Source: Octopus sinensis | Taxonomy: Eukaryota | Length of the DNA: 64,000 nucleotides | Direction: 5' to 3' | Assembly: GCF_006345805.1 (NCBI RefSeq) | Contig: NW_021832382.1 | Location: 186,001 to 250,000, forward strand | Shown: in pieces, positions 11,638 to 23,893 of the stretch | Numbering within the stretch: the first letter of the stretch is position 1 | Layout of the letters: each line of letters begins with the position of its first letter | Position numbers and translations under genes: made by a program | The notes under the pieces: generated by a model | What the model saw: the letters and a program-made list of their open reading frames with translations, nothing else | What the model was told of the DNA's origin: nothing | Databases searched by the model: none

Positions 11638-13138
11638 GTTATATCAAAGCAGGTCGCATTTATATATCTACATAATTTATAGTTATTTAAGGAAACTGCG
11701 AGCGTAGCGAGCAGGGCCTCCGCAGGAGCTAGCTCGCAGTGAGCGAAGCGAACTGCTGAGCTAGTTTAATAATATGTACTAAAGTTGAAGGAATGATATT
11801 TTCAATCGTTTAAGGAGCAGACTTTTTCGATACCGAATACAGAGATCAAAATATAGACGAAATTTGTTTACAAGAGGATCAAGAGCCTGAAAGTAGCGAC
11901 GGAGATACAAAAATCACATTTCCACTTGATAGACAATATTTTTCTCAAATTGGCCATAAAATTTTCATGTACCAAAAATGGCCTGCACTCATCTTGCAGG
12001 ATAGTTGGTGCAGTCCATTAAAGACCCAATTGTTTGTAAGACTAATTTACTCCCCGTCTCATACCTCTATTTAAGAATTTAAATCCAACTATTTGAAAAA
12101 TTGTAATATTTTACGCAATAAATGCGACTATATATTCTGCATTAATGCCGTTTATTAAAATGGGTATTGAATACGGTGCTAACATTGATATGTGTATTTA
12201 CATTTTCCAAAAACTGATGAAAAAACTTGACTTGTTGAAACCAAATGGTGAATTTAGCCCCGTTGTGAAAAATCACCTTAAAAGAATCAACAGGTTTAAT
12301 TCGAATACATTTATGTAGTCGCGGTTTTGTGACACTTTTAGACAAATTTGGCAAGGTGCGTGGCTCAGCTGGCACATTTCGAGAAATAGACAATATGGCT
12401 GATCTCATCAATACAGCGACGGAGATTGCGTATAAAATTGAGGTCGTTAATTTACTTGTGCAGACTCGTGGACTATCGGTACAAGAATGTAACGGCAGCA
12501 GATTTGTCTTGGAGCACGTGCGTTATGTCTATTCCATACGACATTACTAAACTGAGCGAATACACTTATGTTAATAATTTTTGATCAGAAATAGGAGGAA
12601 GGTTTTGGGTTGTATTTTAACTTCAAAATTAACGGATATACGTATAGCTCGATTTTGTTACCACATGACATAACCAGTCGTGTCTAATATGTAATTTCGC
12701 AGAGGAAATGGATTTCGACGAAATAAAAAAACTGCTCGTTAAAAGAGCTAATGTTGGTAAGAATTGTCCAGAAGATGAACTGATAAATAATATTTCAAAA
12801 TTTAAAGTCAGTTCTAAAAAAATGGAATTTATTGACTTTGTGAAATATTGTCACAAAAACGAATCAACAACTATAGTTTCAAAATTTAAAGGCGTGTCAA
12901 AACAAAATTAATTTCGTTCAACAGATTAGTTTTTGTTATTTTTTAAATAAAATTTCCAATTCTCTTAAACGAACGACAGGCAGAATTCATTGATAAATAC
13001 AATAGTCTAAACCAGGGGTTCTCAATCTTTTTAGCTCAAGGGCCAAATCGATAATTAAGATTAGCTTCGCGGGCCGCACAAAAATATTTTATATATTTTT
13101 ATATTTTCCATTTTACTAAATATTGATTCGCATAAATA

Positions 13139-14230
13139 CACCCCTCGACATTAAAATCCGAATACTTAATTTTTAGCAAATTTCTAATCATTTTTAATAA
13201 AATAATTTATTTGCGCTTCTTTATTTGTATTATTTTAACTATTTATATATTTAAATATATATTCGAACATATAATTTTCAAAATTAAAGCAGAAACGTGT
13301 TTTCTAGTGACAAAGAATTCCGAACGGTATTTTGTTCAACTCGCAGAATACAATTTTTATTAGACAAAAATGAATAATTTCAAAAAAGGACAAATTATAT
13401 CTTTATATAATAAAAATTTCTCCTATAAAATGATTTCGGACATCGTAAATATACCGAAGACAACTGTTTGGGACTTTGTTAAAAAATATCTAAAAACCGG
13501 GATTACGTCCAGAAAGGCTGGATCTGGAAGGCCACCCAAGTTCAGTCAAGATGAAATTAGGATTCTTTTATCATTATCAACTAATAATTTTCGAACCGCA
13601 GCTACCTTGTCTTCAGAAATGGAAAAAATTACACAAAAAAAGTCTCAGCACGCACAATAACAAGAATTCTAAACTCAAAAGGTTTGTATGGACGAGTTGT
13701 AAAGAAACGACCATTTCTAAGTTCAAAAAATATTGCTCTCAGATATGGAATATCTAAAAAATTTATTGCAATTTCCGACAGCGGATGGAGGAAAGTTATT
13801 TTCTCCGACGAATGTAGTTTTGAACTTTTTTCCCATTCAAGACGAATGTATCAATACAGAAAAAAAGGAAATAAATTGAGATATGCGAAGATAATACCTA
13901 GTTTTAAGTTTGGTGGAGGGAAAGTTCTTGTTTGGGGCTGTTTTTCGTATTTCGGAATGGGGAAATTAGTTTTTATTGATGGAAAAATGAACTCTGGGGA
14001 ATATATTAATATTCTGGCAAATAATCTTGAAGATTCAGCGAATAAAATGGGATTGAGCGACTATATATTCCAACAAGATAATGCGCCTTGCCACACATCT
14101 AAGGCAACTAAAGAATATATGTCGTCTCAAAATATTAATTTGCTCGACTGGCCACCTCAGTCACCTGACATGAACCCAATCGAACACATTTGGGCTCACA
14201 TTAAAAACGTTCTTTCAAATGATACGTCAG
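13139..14230 (+). mobile_element. Tc1/mariner transposase, 3'-truncated
   Basis: HTH ORF 13370-13660; FSDE...QQDNAPCH...WPPQSPDMNPIEHIW (DD34E); probable TA|CAC left end at 13137-13141; right TIR not found. Confidence 0.85.
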
Positions 14231-15034
14231 AAAGCAGAACAAGTACAAGATGCGCGGGAATTGCCAGTCGATCCGCTGCGCATTTTAACCCTTTTCACTT
14301 TCTCTATTAGTATAAATAATATTAATTAAAAAAAAGTAAAAAATTGATCTAAAGCAAAAAATATCGGAAATTTGGGGAAATATCCCAACGGAATTCATCA
14401 GAAAACTTGTTAGCTCAATGAAAAATCGTAATTTAGAAGTTTATAACAGAAAAGGAAGGCATTCAAGCTACTAATTAAATTTTGTTCGGTTTTTTTGTCA
14501 TGAAATTATCGTTTTTTGCTTTATTCTTTAAAATTATATGTTTCAATAAATATTTAAATATTAAAATAGTTATAATAATACAAATAAAGAAGCTCAAATA
14601 AATTATTTTATTGAAAATGATTAAAAATTTGCTTAAAATTAAGTGTTCGAATTTTAATGTCGAGGAATGTATGTAGATTCATATATACATTGTGTGTTAT
14701 ATTTTTGAATTTGTCTTGAGGAATTAATTCGTAAAAATTAATAATGGACGCATTTTTGAACAATGCCGCCAGTTCGATATCATGTTGTAAATTAATGAGT
14801 TCTAGTTGAAACTTTGCAGGCGCATCCTTAATTTCCACGCTGAATGGAGTTGCAAATATTTTCATTAAAGGAAGGAATTCTTTAAAATTCTAAAAATTAA
14901 ATTTATATAAATGTACCCCAAAACGTGCTTCAAATTGATTAATGAAATCACCAATTATGGATATGTTTAACCTTAAGAATGAATAATTAAATTTAAACAT
15001 TATTAAAAAATTAAAAAAGTTAGTTACTCTAGAG

Positions 15035-16319
15035 CAGTGGTTCCCAACCTGGGGTCCGCGGAACCCTGGGGTTCCGCAGAGCCAGTTTTGGGGTTCCGCG
15101 AAATTTATTATATTTATTTAATAATAGTTTTTAATTATTAAAATATATTAAACATCCACGCTCATATCTTGTTTCTCTTTTGAGTTAGTTGGTTAATTTT
15201 ATAAGATTAATGAGAAACAATAATTGCATAAGAGATTCCAAAAAATATTCAAAAAAAGGTTTTTTTATAATTATAATTTTAGAAAAGAAAATATGATGAA
15301 AGCTACGTCTCATATGTGTTTTCTCAGAATGGATCTGATTTACCACATACGGCAGAATGCGTAATATGCCATCATATAATGCCTAACACATCTCTTGTTC
15401 TTGCCAAACTATCAAGACATTTATTGATGAAGCATCCTCATTTAAAGGATAAAGATATTTCTTTTTTTTAAAACAAATTAAATGCATCTACAAGGTGCAA
15501 GTTGGAAATGTCCAATTTTGCGAAAGACGACAATTTAAAATCGACCAGAACATTTTATGAAGTATATAATTATTTTAATCAAACAGGTGAGTTATCTTGT
15601 AGCACGTTTGTGGAGAGGCACATACAATTGCCGAAAATCTTATAAAGCCATGTTCAAAAAAATCATATGGCGAACAAATGTCTAAGAAACTGGATCTTGT
15701 TCCTTTGTCAAATAATACTATTTCAAGGCGAATTCAGGAACTTTCGAAAAATATTGAAACACAGTTACTAATTCGTTTGAATAATTCGAATGGTTTCGCT
15801 ATTCAAATTGATGAATCTACTGATGTTGAAGGATTGGCAGTTTTATTGGTTTTCGTTCGATACCCTTTTGACGATATTGTTGAAGAAGACATGTTAATGA
15901 GCGAATCGTTGGAGAGTAATTGTACTGGGGAAAATATTTTCAACACTATTAAAAATTATTTTTTTGCAAAAAACATAAATTGGAATAAATGTGTGGATGT
16001 TTGTAGCGATGGAGCTAAATGTATGATCGGAAAAATTTCTGGATTTGTACCAAGGTTTTCAATATATACATCCACCAAAACAAAATATAGAAATAAACTT
16101 AATGCTTCCGCTGATATGAGGATACAGTTGTCAACAATAACTCCTAACGTTACACAACTATGCTATGATAAAAAATTACCTCAATGTTCACATTAAAATT
16201 GTTTTTGGTTATTACTATTATGTTTTAAGTGAAATTATAATAATTGAATTGGAGGGGTTCCGCAAAAAATAACTTAGCCCAAAAGGGTTCCGCGAGCACC
16301 TTAAGGTTGGGAACCACTG
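15035..16319 (+). mobile_element. hAT Charlie/ZBED5-like element, internally deleted
   Basis: 16-bp TIR CAGTGGTTCCCAACCT; 8-bp TSD CTCTAGAG; PLSNNTISRRI...FAIQIDESTDV ORF. Confidence 0.92.
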
Positions 16320-16809
16320 CTCTAGAGGGGCCGCAAAAAAATCCTGGGGGCCGCATTTGAGAACCGCTGGTCTAAACTAATTCCCCTCAACGTCTGCAAT
16401 GAGGATATGGAATATCATCAGATCAATTATTCTGAATGCTACTTTTCGCAACACAAGTAGTCGAATTTTTTAAATTTTATTCTTTAAGGATTGAAAATTC
16501 ACTGTTTTGATAATTTTTGATTTTCCAACCTTCTGGTACGTGGCTTTGACGAAAAAAATGATAAGTACCCAAAAAGCTCTTTTTCCAAAATTTAAATAAC
16601 CTCTAAAAAGAGATTCGATGATGCTTCCTCGGTAAAAAGCAAATAGGGACCTTGGAATTTTGTCTACGGAGCGTTAGAGTAAGTTCAAAAAGAAAATCGC
16701 CTAAGCTGACTAGTAACGTTTAAGTCAGATCGGCCTTAACATCCATACCACACTCATTTATAATTTTTAGTTCGAATCTTACCTAAAAAATAAAAATAAT
16801 TTTAGAAAC

Positions 16810-17050
16810 CTTTACTCCAATTGCCGTGGAGTCCTCCGGGATCTTCGACCCCAAGACACTCCGCTTCCTTCGCTCGCTCGGTCGACGGATTTCAAGGACT
16901 AGTCACGATCCAAGAGAGTTTTCTTGGCTCCTGGAACGTCTGTCGATTGCTGTGATCCGAGGGAACGGCTTTGCCATTCGCGAGGCTGGCCGGGTGTCTC
17001 GTGAGGCCTTTAATTAACTTAGCTATCTTTAATTTCTTTCTTGTTTAAAA
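16810..17050 (+). mobile_element. CRE-clade LINE 3' fragment (subfamily A)
   Basis: Near-identical to the reverse complement of 4826-5044, followed by an A-run. Confidence 0.8.
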
Positions 17051-17181
17051 AAAAATTAACGTTTTAAAAAAAAAATTTAGAAACATATCATTTATTTGCG
17101 AGGAGATTAATTTGAATGGAAGATAATGTAACTCAATAATGTTTTGAGACATTTCTAATAATGTTTCCATGACATTTGAAA

Positions 17182-17952
17182 ATGGAAGAAAGTGAATATC
17201 AAGATTTACTCCAAAAAAACTTTTCTATTCTTTTAGGAATAATAACCAAAAATAATTCTGCGAGTTTTGTAATGTTATCATGAATAAATGGACAGACGAA
17301 TGCTCTACAAAACATGGAAAAGCAAGTCAGCGTGAGCGACATATTTGCACATCACGACCAATATGGCAAAAATCTGCTGGATTATATTTCCATATTCGGA
17401 AAACACTCGCTGATCAAAGTGGTCGCAGATCTGGGAGTTGATCCAAACACAGCCTCATTCTCAAGTCCTTTTATTCACTGACCGCAAGACTATACTGCCC
17501 TTCACTATGCGGCCGTTTGGGGAGACACGCAGACGGTCAGGAACCTCGTTGACATGGGAGGGGACATTTTTCGCAAAACCTTAAAACACGAGAGACCCCG
17601 AGACCTCGCTTCCCGCTACGGTCATGAGGACTGCGTTGCCTATCTCGATTGGCAAGGTTAACACGTTGTCGCACGACAGAGTCCAAACACGACTTGGAAA
17701 GCATAATCGCCCGAATGGCAGGCTATCTAACCCAACCAGACAAAGTCAAATTACTGGCCAAAGACGAGAAGGCATGTGACTATTAATACTTGCTAGCTCA
17801 CATGTCAGAATGCCTGTGCGGAGAAGAAGGCGTGGATACAAAACACCCCCAACGCCACGACCTTCGATTACAGAATGCACACACAACAACTCTCACACAT
17901 TTTTGGTAACTTTTTTGACCGCTTCACTGGGACTGTCAGTGGAACAGGCTAA
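17182..17952 (+). CDS. ANKRD45: Ankyrin repeat domain protein 45-like
   Basis: After removing introns 17269-17295 (27 nt), 17465-17488 (24), 17657-17679 (23) and 17772-17796 (25, GC-AG) it reads ...YTALHYAAVWG...ERPRDLASRYGHEDCVAYLDW...KLLAKDEK...NACAEKKAWI, matching ANKRD45 as recalled. Confidence 0.75.
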
Positions 17953-17967
17953 TTAACACAAATTATA

Positions 17968-20547
17968 TTACGTAACAACAGGCACTCTTAGCAAATTAAT
18001 TTTCCCGTCATGACGGAAGTTTCTGAACTGAGCAATGTCCTTACGACTGATAATCCCGACAATCTACAGTACAGGCAAAGGAGGGACTCTGTGGTGGTCG
18101 TCCGTCACCAGCACATGTCTGAGTCCCAAATTGCGCACAAGTCGGAATATTTTGGAGAAGGACGTGTTCTGCAGTGAGATGGGGAGACATACCACGTCGA
18201 CCGTGTAGGGAGTCGGGTTGACATAGGGCCGGAGGTCGATGGTGCAGTTAAAGTCGCTGTCCACGAGACCACAACTCTGAAATGAATGGTTGGGTGACCT
18301 CAAAGTCCCGCAGCTTAAAGTAGTTGTCGTCTATTTCGGCCAGTCCCAGACTATTGCTGCAGTCATATCCTCGCTCGACAAATGCCTCCAATGTGCAAAG
18401 AATGTACCTTATGTTTGAGAAGACTGAGTAACTGGTGTCTCAGGATTATCCCCTGGAAGGCGTGTCTCTCAATACTGTCCATCTAACTCTGAGGAGTACA
18501 CACAGTACCAAGACAGAGGAGTCGTGAGTCTTGACTACTGGGAAGCCATGGTGGCAACTCTGCTTGAGGAGGTCGCAAACTTGCCAGACTGGGGTGACGG
18601 CACGAATGGTCTTGACTGGGTGAGCCATCACCTTCGAGGCATCAATGTGGGCTGTCAAGGCAGGCGGCTCCCAGTCCAAGAGTGGAATCTCCATGACGTG
18701 AATATGCATGTCGAAAATGCCCTGGGAATGACGTGGATATTACCTCATTGAAGTAATCCCCCACACACTTGGACATGATTAGGGCGATGATGACAGGCAA
18801 TGCAAGTGAGGCCGTGGCAGTGGCCTCGATGATGATGACCGCCAGTGTGATCACAATCCGCAGATTCCCTCCCAACTGAGCGGCTGCCCCCACCAGTGCG
18901 AACAACTGGACGTCCAAGTTCTGCAACATCAAACAACAGGGAAACAGAGGAGGGGTCGACGGCGTTGAATATCTGTGCGAATAGGCGTCCCCAGGTCCCC
19001 CCAATGACCATGGAAGGGAGGAACAGTCCACTGGGCACGTTGATGCCATATGTCCAGCAGGATGCCAGGAAGTAGGGAATGCACACTTTGATGAGAATCC
19101 GATCGAGTAGTAGTCTGATATAAAGGAAAGGCACACCATCGGGGTTGTGAAACAGCTTTTTGACGAGGTTGGCAGGAGTAGTGAAAATATAGTCCGCGGC
19201 CACACTGTTTTCCCCACCTGAACACGTGGCCAGGGAGTCGAATTTGGTGTCCGGATTGCCAATGTAGCACTCATCAAAGGTGGCAACACACAGGAAGGAC
19301 AGGATAGAGAGGACTCCCACCACAAGCAGGACTTCCAGGACTTTGAGTGCCGAGTATCGGAAATGTCTGGAATTATAGTAGAAATCACTTGAATCGGAAA
19401 ACAGTAAGCCAGTAGTTGATTTGGACAAACAATGCCCCGAGTAGTCCGCCTGTGGTGAGGTGACAGACATACCTATGATGCCCACAATGGCGAACATGAA
19501 TATCTCCAGAATGCCGTACTCCACCACCTGCCAGTCACCCTATACTCTACATCGAATGTCCCAAAGTCGATCAGTCCCACTGACGAGAACCCGTAGCGGG
19601 GGTCGACTATGTTCCGCAGAATATTCAGAGTAAACGTCGACATTACTGCCGCGAAAAAGGTCCGCCAAATCAGAGACAGGTTCCAAAAACTGGAGCCTTC
19701 CTCCAGACTGAACATGAGTCCCCCAATGGGAGCTCCGAAGGCAGCGGAGGCCCCTGCGGCTGCTCCAATGGACACAAAGTCCCGCTGTTCGGTCGTCAGT
19801 CTGAACTCGTTGAAAATCTGAGAATCAGGACGAGCCTCACCTTCAAGTCAAGGTTGAGGGAGGAACTCCTGCCTTGGGAAAGACCGGAAATGATGGCCCC
19901 CGAGTGGATCATGGGCCCTTCCTACAGTGAGGGGACACGCCTACCTTCCCGATTGGGAGACCAGCACAGACGGAGAAAATGACTCCCACAAACTTGGCGA
20001 TGAAAGTCTTGATTCGGACGACCTGGGGGATCTTGATTCCGTTGAGGAAACACTTGATTTGGGGGATGCCACTCCCGGTGGAGGCCGGCTGGGGTAGAAC
20101 ACTCACACCAACCGCCCAGACGGCCAGGAGTGCGGGGATGGACACGAGGAAGAGGGAGAAGAATATCCACGTGAAGTAGGGGATGGCAAACGTGCCCGTT
20201 CGGAAGGCCTCGTTCATTTCTGAGAATGTGAGGAGGGGAGGACGATTAATGAGGAGACTGAACTTGTAGTTGGACATGAGGCTGATGAAATAGTCGATGA
20301 CGAAGGCCACCACGCCCGTGCACATCCCGATCAGCAGACTTATCCCCCATCGCATTATGTTCATCTTCCAGTAGCGCTGGGAGTCATTCGTACAACACAC
20401 CTGAGCACTCATTGCTGACATTTCCCGCCGGTACACCAAGTTCTCGCACTCCTCGTAGTCAAGGCACTAAGTGGTTGTGTGTGCTTGTACTTCGAATCTC
20501 GCGGATATGGGGGTTTTGTGGAGTTCGGAGACCTGTTCGTACTCCAT
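17968..20547 (-). CDS. CLCN7: CLC-7-type H+/Cl- exchanger with CBS domains
   Basis: [33 protein letters not shown] and GLFLP motifs plus CBS tail. About 15 introns of 22-26 nt, e.g. 20467-20490, 20377-20400, 19115-19136. One apparent 1-nt indel near 19097. Start codon uncertain. Confidence 0.9.
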
Positions 20548-20922
20548 TGAGTGCTGGTTGTTGTCGCACAGGATGTCTCCCCCATGGTCAATTATGTGCT
20601 GGAAATATGGGTAATCAAATTGCGGTTTTTAATAATAGACCACATACTGCCATTTTGTTGATCCAAACTAATTTTATTCCAAATTTGAAATATTGTCATT
20701 ACTCAAACACTATATATCAGCTTTATAAATAACAATTATTTTGAAAATCTATCTATACATAAATATATGTCGTACTATCTGAAACAGACCCAGTTGAGGA
20801 GACCAGTACTCACTTTCGATATTCAGGTTGGATACACCTCTAGAGCACCTTGTTTATTTTTGTCCGAGTTATTTATTAATAAGCAGTAAATCAATAAATA
20901 TTTTTATTAATTAACGTGGTCC

Positions 20923-21552
20923 ATGTGGATATCTCTTTTGCGTCATTCAACCCTCTCCAGACACGTGCGACTATTAAATGGGCAACGTGACTACCTCGGA
21001 ATAAGACATTTCTGTACTCCCAACGAGCCGACTGACCCTCTGGAACAAATAAAGGAAGAAAATAGCAAACTGAAGGAATCACTGGAGGAACTGAAGGTTG
21101 GTCACCCCCTCCAATGGCAGGACAAGTACATCCGCTCTCTCGCAGAACAGGAAAACATGCGAAAACGACTTGTCAAACAAATCGAAGAGTCCAAAATATT
21201 TGCCATACAAAAATTTTCTCATGACCTCCTGGAAGTGACCGACGTCCTCCAAAAGGCCCTCCTTTCTGTCCCACAGTCCTCCCTGCCCGACAACCTTCAC
21301 TTGAAGAACCTTTTTGAGGGACTAGAAATGTCCAGTGAACAATTCAAGCACATTCTTTCCCGCCATGGAGTGGTTTCCATGGATACTGCTGTTGGGGATA
21401 AGTTCGATCCCTCCCTCCACTTTGCCCAGTACCAGGTGCCTATTACTGAGGACCAGGAGGACGGGACTGTGGCTGAGGTGGCCAAGGTTGGCTATTTGCT
21501 CCACTCTCGCACTCTACGACCTGCCGTTGTTGGAGTGTTCAAAAATATTTGA
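20923..21552 (+). CDS. GRPEL1: Mitochondrial GrpE nucleotide-exchange factor
   Basis: N-terminal presequence-like segment, DKYIRSLAEQENMRKR, FDPSLH, GYLLHSRTLRPAVVGV; one in-frame 24-nt intron 21097-21120. Confidence 0.9.
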   Translation: MWISLLRHSTLSRHVRLLNGQRDYLGIRHFCTPNEPTDPLEQIKEENSKLKESLEELKVGHPLQWQDKYIRSLAEQENMRKRLVKQIEESKIFAIQKFSHDLLEVTDVLQKALLSVPQSSLPDNLHLKNLFEGLEMSSEQFKHILSRHGVVSMDTAVGDKFDPSLHFAQYQVPITEDQEDGTVAEVAKVGYLLHSRTLRPAVVGVFKNI

Positions 21553-21603
21553 TATCTAACTTTTTTGGCTTTATTTTTTTTAAATATTCTTTTATTAATA
21601 AAT

Positions 21604-22337
21604 ATGTTCGATGTGGGTACACTTCTTTGTGCCCTTTTATTTTCCTTGATATTCCTCATTTTTTTGTTTTGCAAGATCAGTAATGTGCTGGCGACTGTTA
21701 GTGAGCCGGTCCGTCAGCCTCATCAGTTGGTTGATGAAATTGGCAAGGATAGACTGACTTACTCTTAGGGGACCACCCATTAAATAACCCCTCCAAAAAA
21801 ATTGGGACAAAAAAGCAAAGGAGGATCGAACAAAAAAGGCAACTAAAAGCGCAGCGAAGGGCCCAAATCGAAGCTCGGGAGAAGAAACTGGAATGCAATG
21901 CCCGACCACCTGACCCATCTTCTGAGAGTGACTCGAATGAAAGCGTGGGAGGGGAGATTGTGGAGAACCAAGAGGAAGAACTATTTAATTGCTTCAAACA
22001 CGTCATTTCGGTGGAGGAGGAGGGATTTGAGCTCGAGAAAGTAGTCCTCATCTATTGAGTGTAGTATAATTCTGCGAATGAACGAGTCTTGGAGTTGTTG
22101 GAAGGAAAGTCGGTGGCTGACTTGTCGGTGATTGCTGGGGAGTTGGGACTTGACCTCAGAAGAGTTAACATTGCAGTGGAGTCCTTGTTGGGTGAAGGTC
22201 TTGTTTCCGGGGTGGTGAATGAGGCAGGAATGTTTGTCCGGGTTTCTTCAGAGATGCTGGAACGGATCGCTGCCTTCATCAAAGACAAGGGAATTGTGAA
22301 AATAACTGACTTGATAGACGATTTTGAAATATTTTGA
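21604..22337 (+). CDS. DDRGK1: DDRGK1/UFBP1-like protein
   Basis: N-terminal TM, KIGTKKQRRIEQK...KAQRRAQIE coil and C-terminal winged helix (GLVSGVVNEAGMFVRVS...AAFIKDKGIV); introns 21743-21768 (GC-AG, 26 nt) and 22041-22064 (24 nt). Confidence 0.75.
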
Positions 22338-22582
22338 AATATTTTTTAGTTGTCACAGTTATTTTTAATGAACATTCGTCATCAGACTTTTAACCAGCAA
22401 GACCATCTTTCGTAGCTCGTGTAGCTACTAATCTATCCAGGGCACTATAGTAGGGACTCGGTTGAGTTTTATTTCATTAGGGACTAATTATTTTGTACTC
22501 CGAACAAATTTTATTCGGACAGATTTTTATAATGCAGTCGTTTAGAAAATAGATAATGTTTCTACACAAAGTGACATGCCTA

Positions 22583-23789
22583 CACTAGGTGCAAAAAAAA
22601 ACCGTTTTTTAAATACGGCATATTTTGCAAAGATAACCGTGATTTTTCTTTGTCGATATCGAAAGGGATCATTAAATTAACCCTAAATCAATTTTGTTAT
22701 ATTTTTTTTGTATTGTGTTATATGTCTAAATTAAAAATTTTAATTACACGAGCGCAATAAAAAACCGTTTTATTTTTGATTATTTAAAGTTAGTATTCAA
22801 TATGGTCCCCTTTTGCCTTAAAAAGCTTTTGTGCTCTATTCGGCATGCTTTCGATTAATTTTTTTTATAAAACTAATCGGTATTTCGTTCCAAATATTTT
22901 CGATTTTTTCTTTCAATTCCGAAACATTCTTTGGATGAAAGGTGTTTAATTCCCTCTTCATATGAGCCCATATATGTTCGATCGGATTTAAATCCGGTGA
23001 TTGAGGTGCCCATGGTAAAAGGTTTACTTTCTTTTTTTGAAAAAATCGCATAGTCATCTTGGAAGTATGACATGGTGCCATGTCTTGTTGGAAAATAAAT
23101 TCACTAAGCTCCATTTTTTTGCAGATTCCCATAAATGGTTACATAGTGTGTTGATATAAAGTGCGGAATTCATATTCCCGTGTATAAAAGCAAGCGAGCC
23201 CATTCCGTAATAGGAAAAACAGCCCCAGACCATAACTTTCCCCCCACCAATTTTTACAGTAGGCGAAAGGTTGCTTTTTTGAAGGCCTGTATTGTTTTTC
23301 CGATAACAATATTGCCGTTCTTTAATACTAAAAACTTCGAAACTGCATTCGTCGTCCTTATTAAGAATTTTTGGTCTCCCCGAACCTTTCATTCTTTCAG
23401 TCGTACCATATTTAATGAATTTTCGGATGAAGTCAGCGATAGTTGATCGCAGGATATTAAGCTCGTCAGATATTTTTTTAGTGGTCCAATTTAACGCATT
23501 CAAGCTTAGAATCTTTCCTTTTTTTATTACATCAAGCATTCGTAATTTTATCGAGGATTAAAATTCTAAAAAAAGTAAAAAATGTCACACTCACCAGAAT
23601 AAACGGTTTTTTATTGCGCTCGTGTAATTAAAATTTTCAATTTAGACATATAACACAATGCAAAAAAAATATAACAAAATTGATTTAGGGTTAATTTAAT
23701 GATCCCTTTCGATATCGACAAAGAAAAATCACGGTTATCTCTGCAAAATATGCCGTATTTAAAAAAACGGTTTTTTTTTGCACCTAGTG
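22583..23789 (-). mobile_element. Tc1 element with about 188-bp TIRs, internally deleted
   Basis: TA|CACTAGGTGC...GCACCTAGTG|TA; long TIRs 22583-22770 and 23601-23789; QQDMAPCH and PQSPDLNPIEHIW motifs. Confidence 0.92.
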
Positions 23790-23893
23790 TATTTACAAAA
23801 TTATGTTTTTCTATCTGTAATTAATTGGCATTCCAGAACTTAAACGATTAAAACAACATTTTGACTATTAGTTAAATTAGCAGGAAGATAGAT

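Larger units (their letters stand above)
7624..11764 (+). mobile_element. Helitron, internally deleted
   Basis: 5' TC at 7624 after A; (GTCT)n near the 5' end; Pif1 helicase remnants; GC-rich hairpin with GCGAAGC at about 11735-11760; CTAG end at 11761-11764 followed by T (A^T target). Confidence 0.8.
13013..16369 (-). mobile_element. hAT element (GTF2IRD2/SPIN-like), non-autonomous, hosting nested Tc1 and hAT
   Basis: TIRs CAGGGGTTCTCAA / CAGCGGTTCTCAA; 8-bp TSD GTCTAAAC at 13005-13012 and 16370-16377; GGGCCGCA subterminal motifs; transposase remnant 14608-14865. Confidence 0.9.

Noticed and set aside
11770-13010. Host gene or TE between the Helitron and the hAT element
   Set aside because: The short ORFs have no recognisable motif or consistent splice model, so it was left unannotated.
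17269-17295. TGA recoding (Cys/Sec/Trp) in ANKRD45
   Set aside because: The in-frame TGA lies inside a 27-nt GTAATG...CAG intron, and GrpE, DDRGK1 and CCDC22 use TGA as stop.
19090-19140. CLCN7 pseudogene or programmed frameshift
   Set aside because: One added base (e.g. GGAATT for GGATT) gives a helix length matching CLC-7, all catalytic motifs are intact, and the assembly shows homopolymer indels elsewhere.
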